From contig NC_092008.1 of the NCBI RefSeq assembly GCF_044704955.1, positions 5,828,001 through 5,892,000 of the forward strand: 64,000 nucleotides of DNA, given 5' to 3'. The notes below the pieces were generated by a model, which was not told where the DNA came from, did not search any database, and saw nothing but the letters and a program-made list of their open reading frames with translations. Each line of letters begins with the position of its first letter. Position 1 is the stretch's first letter. A program made the translations under genes and the position numbers. This stretch comes from Pristiophorus japonicus (Eukaryota). Shown here piece by piece: positions 63,966 to 64,000 of this stretch.

Positions 63966-64000
63966 GCCTGGGCATGAGCTGGGTAACTGTCAGATTCAAA

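Larger units (their letters stand above)
54668..64000 (+). repeat. Segmental duplication unit C (runs off window)
   Basis: tgacagaggcctaagaccag at 54668 corresponds to 1493 and 30523; collinear afterwards, but lacks the young CR1 insertion. Confidence 0.88.

Overview
Vertebrate (very likely cartilaginous-fish/shark) genomic DNA, not prokaryotic. The window holds about 2.3 units of a 24-31 kb tandem segmental duplication (unit A ~1-29030, unit B ~29031-54667, unit C ~54668-64000+). Each unit carries one two-exon class A GPCR of the GPR139/GPR142-like type on the + strand, embedded in decayed non-LTR retrotransposons (CR1, L2, RTE, Tx1/L1), SINE pieces, several minisatellites and degenerate tRNA-like genes. 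Only copy B is intact (exons 32385-32478 + 34746-35641, 329 aa). Copy A has lost exon 1 and its promoter through a ~2.4 kb deletion. Copy C has a single nonsense change in exon 1. Both A and C keep an open 295-codon exon-2 frame, and an in-frame cryptic GTGAGT donor could bypass the stop in C. Differences between the paralogs concentrate in the extracellular loops. Other notable structure: a variable-copy TGACTCA (AP-1-motif) minisatellite in the intron; two independent antisense CR1 insertions into the same host CR1 (absent from unit C); a ~79-bp satellite built from a SINE head; and a fossil tRNA cluster including two tRNA-Pro-like genes with 16-nt inserts at the canonical intron site. All alignments and counts were made by eye, and repeat boundaries are approximate.
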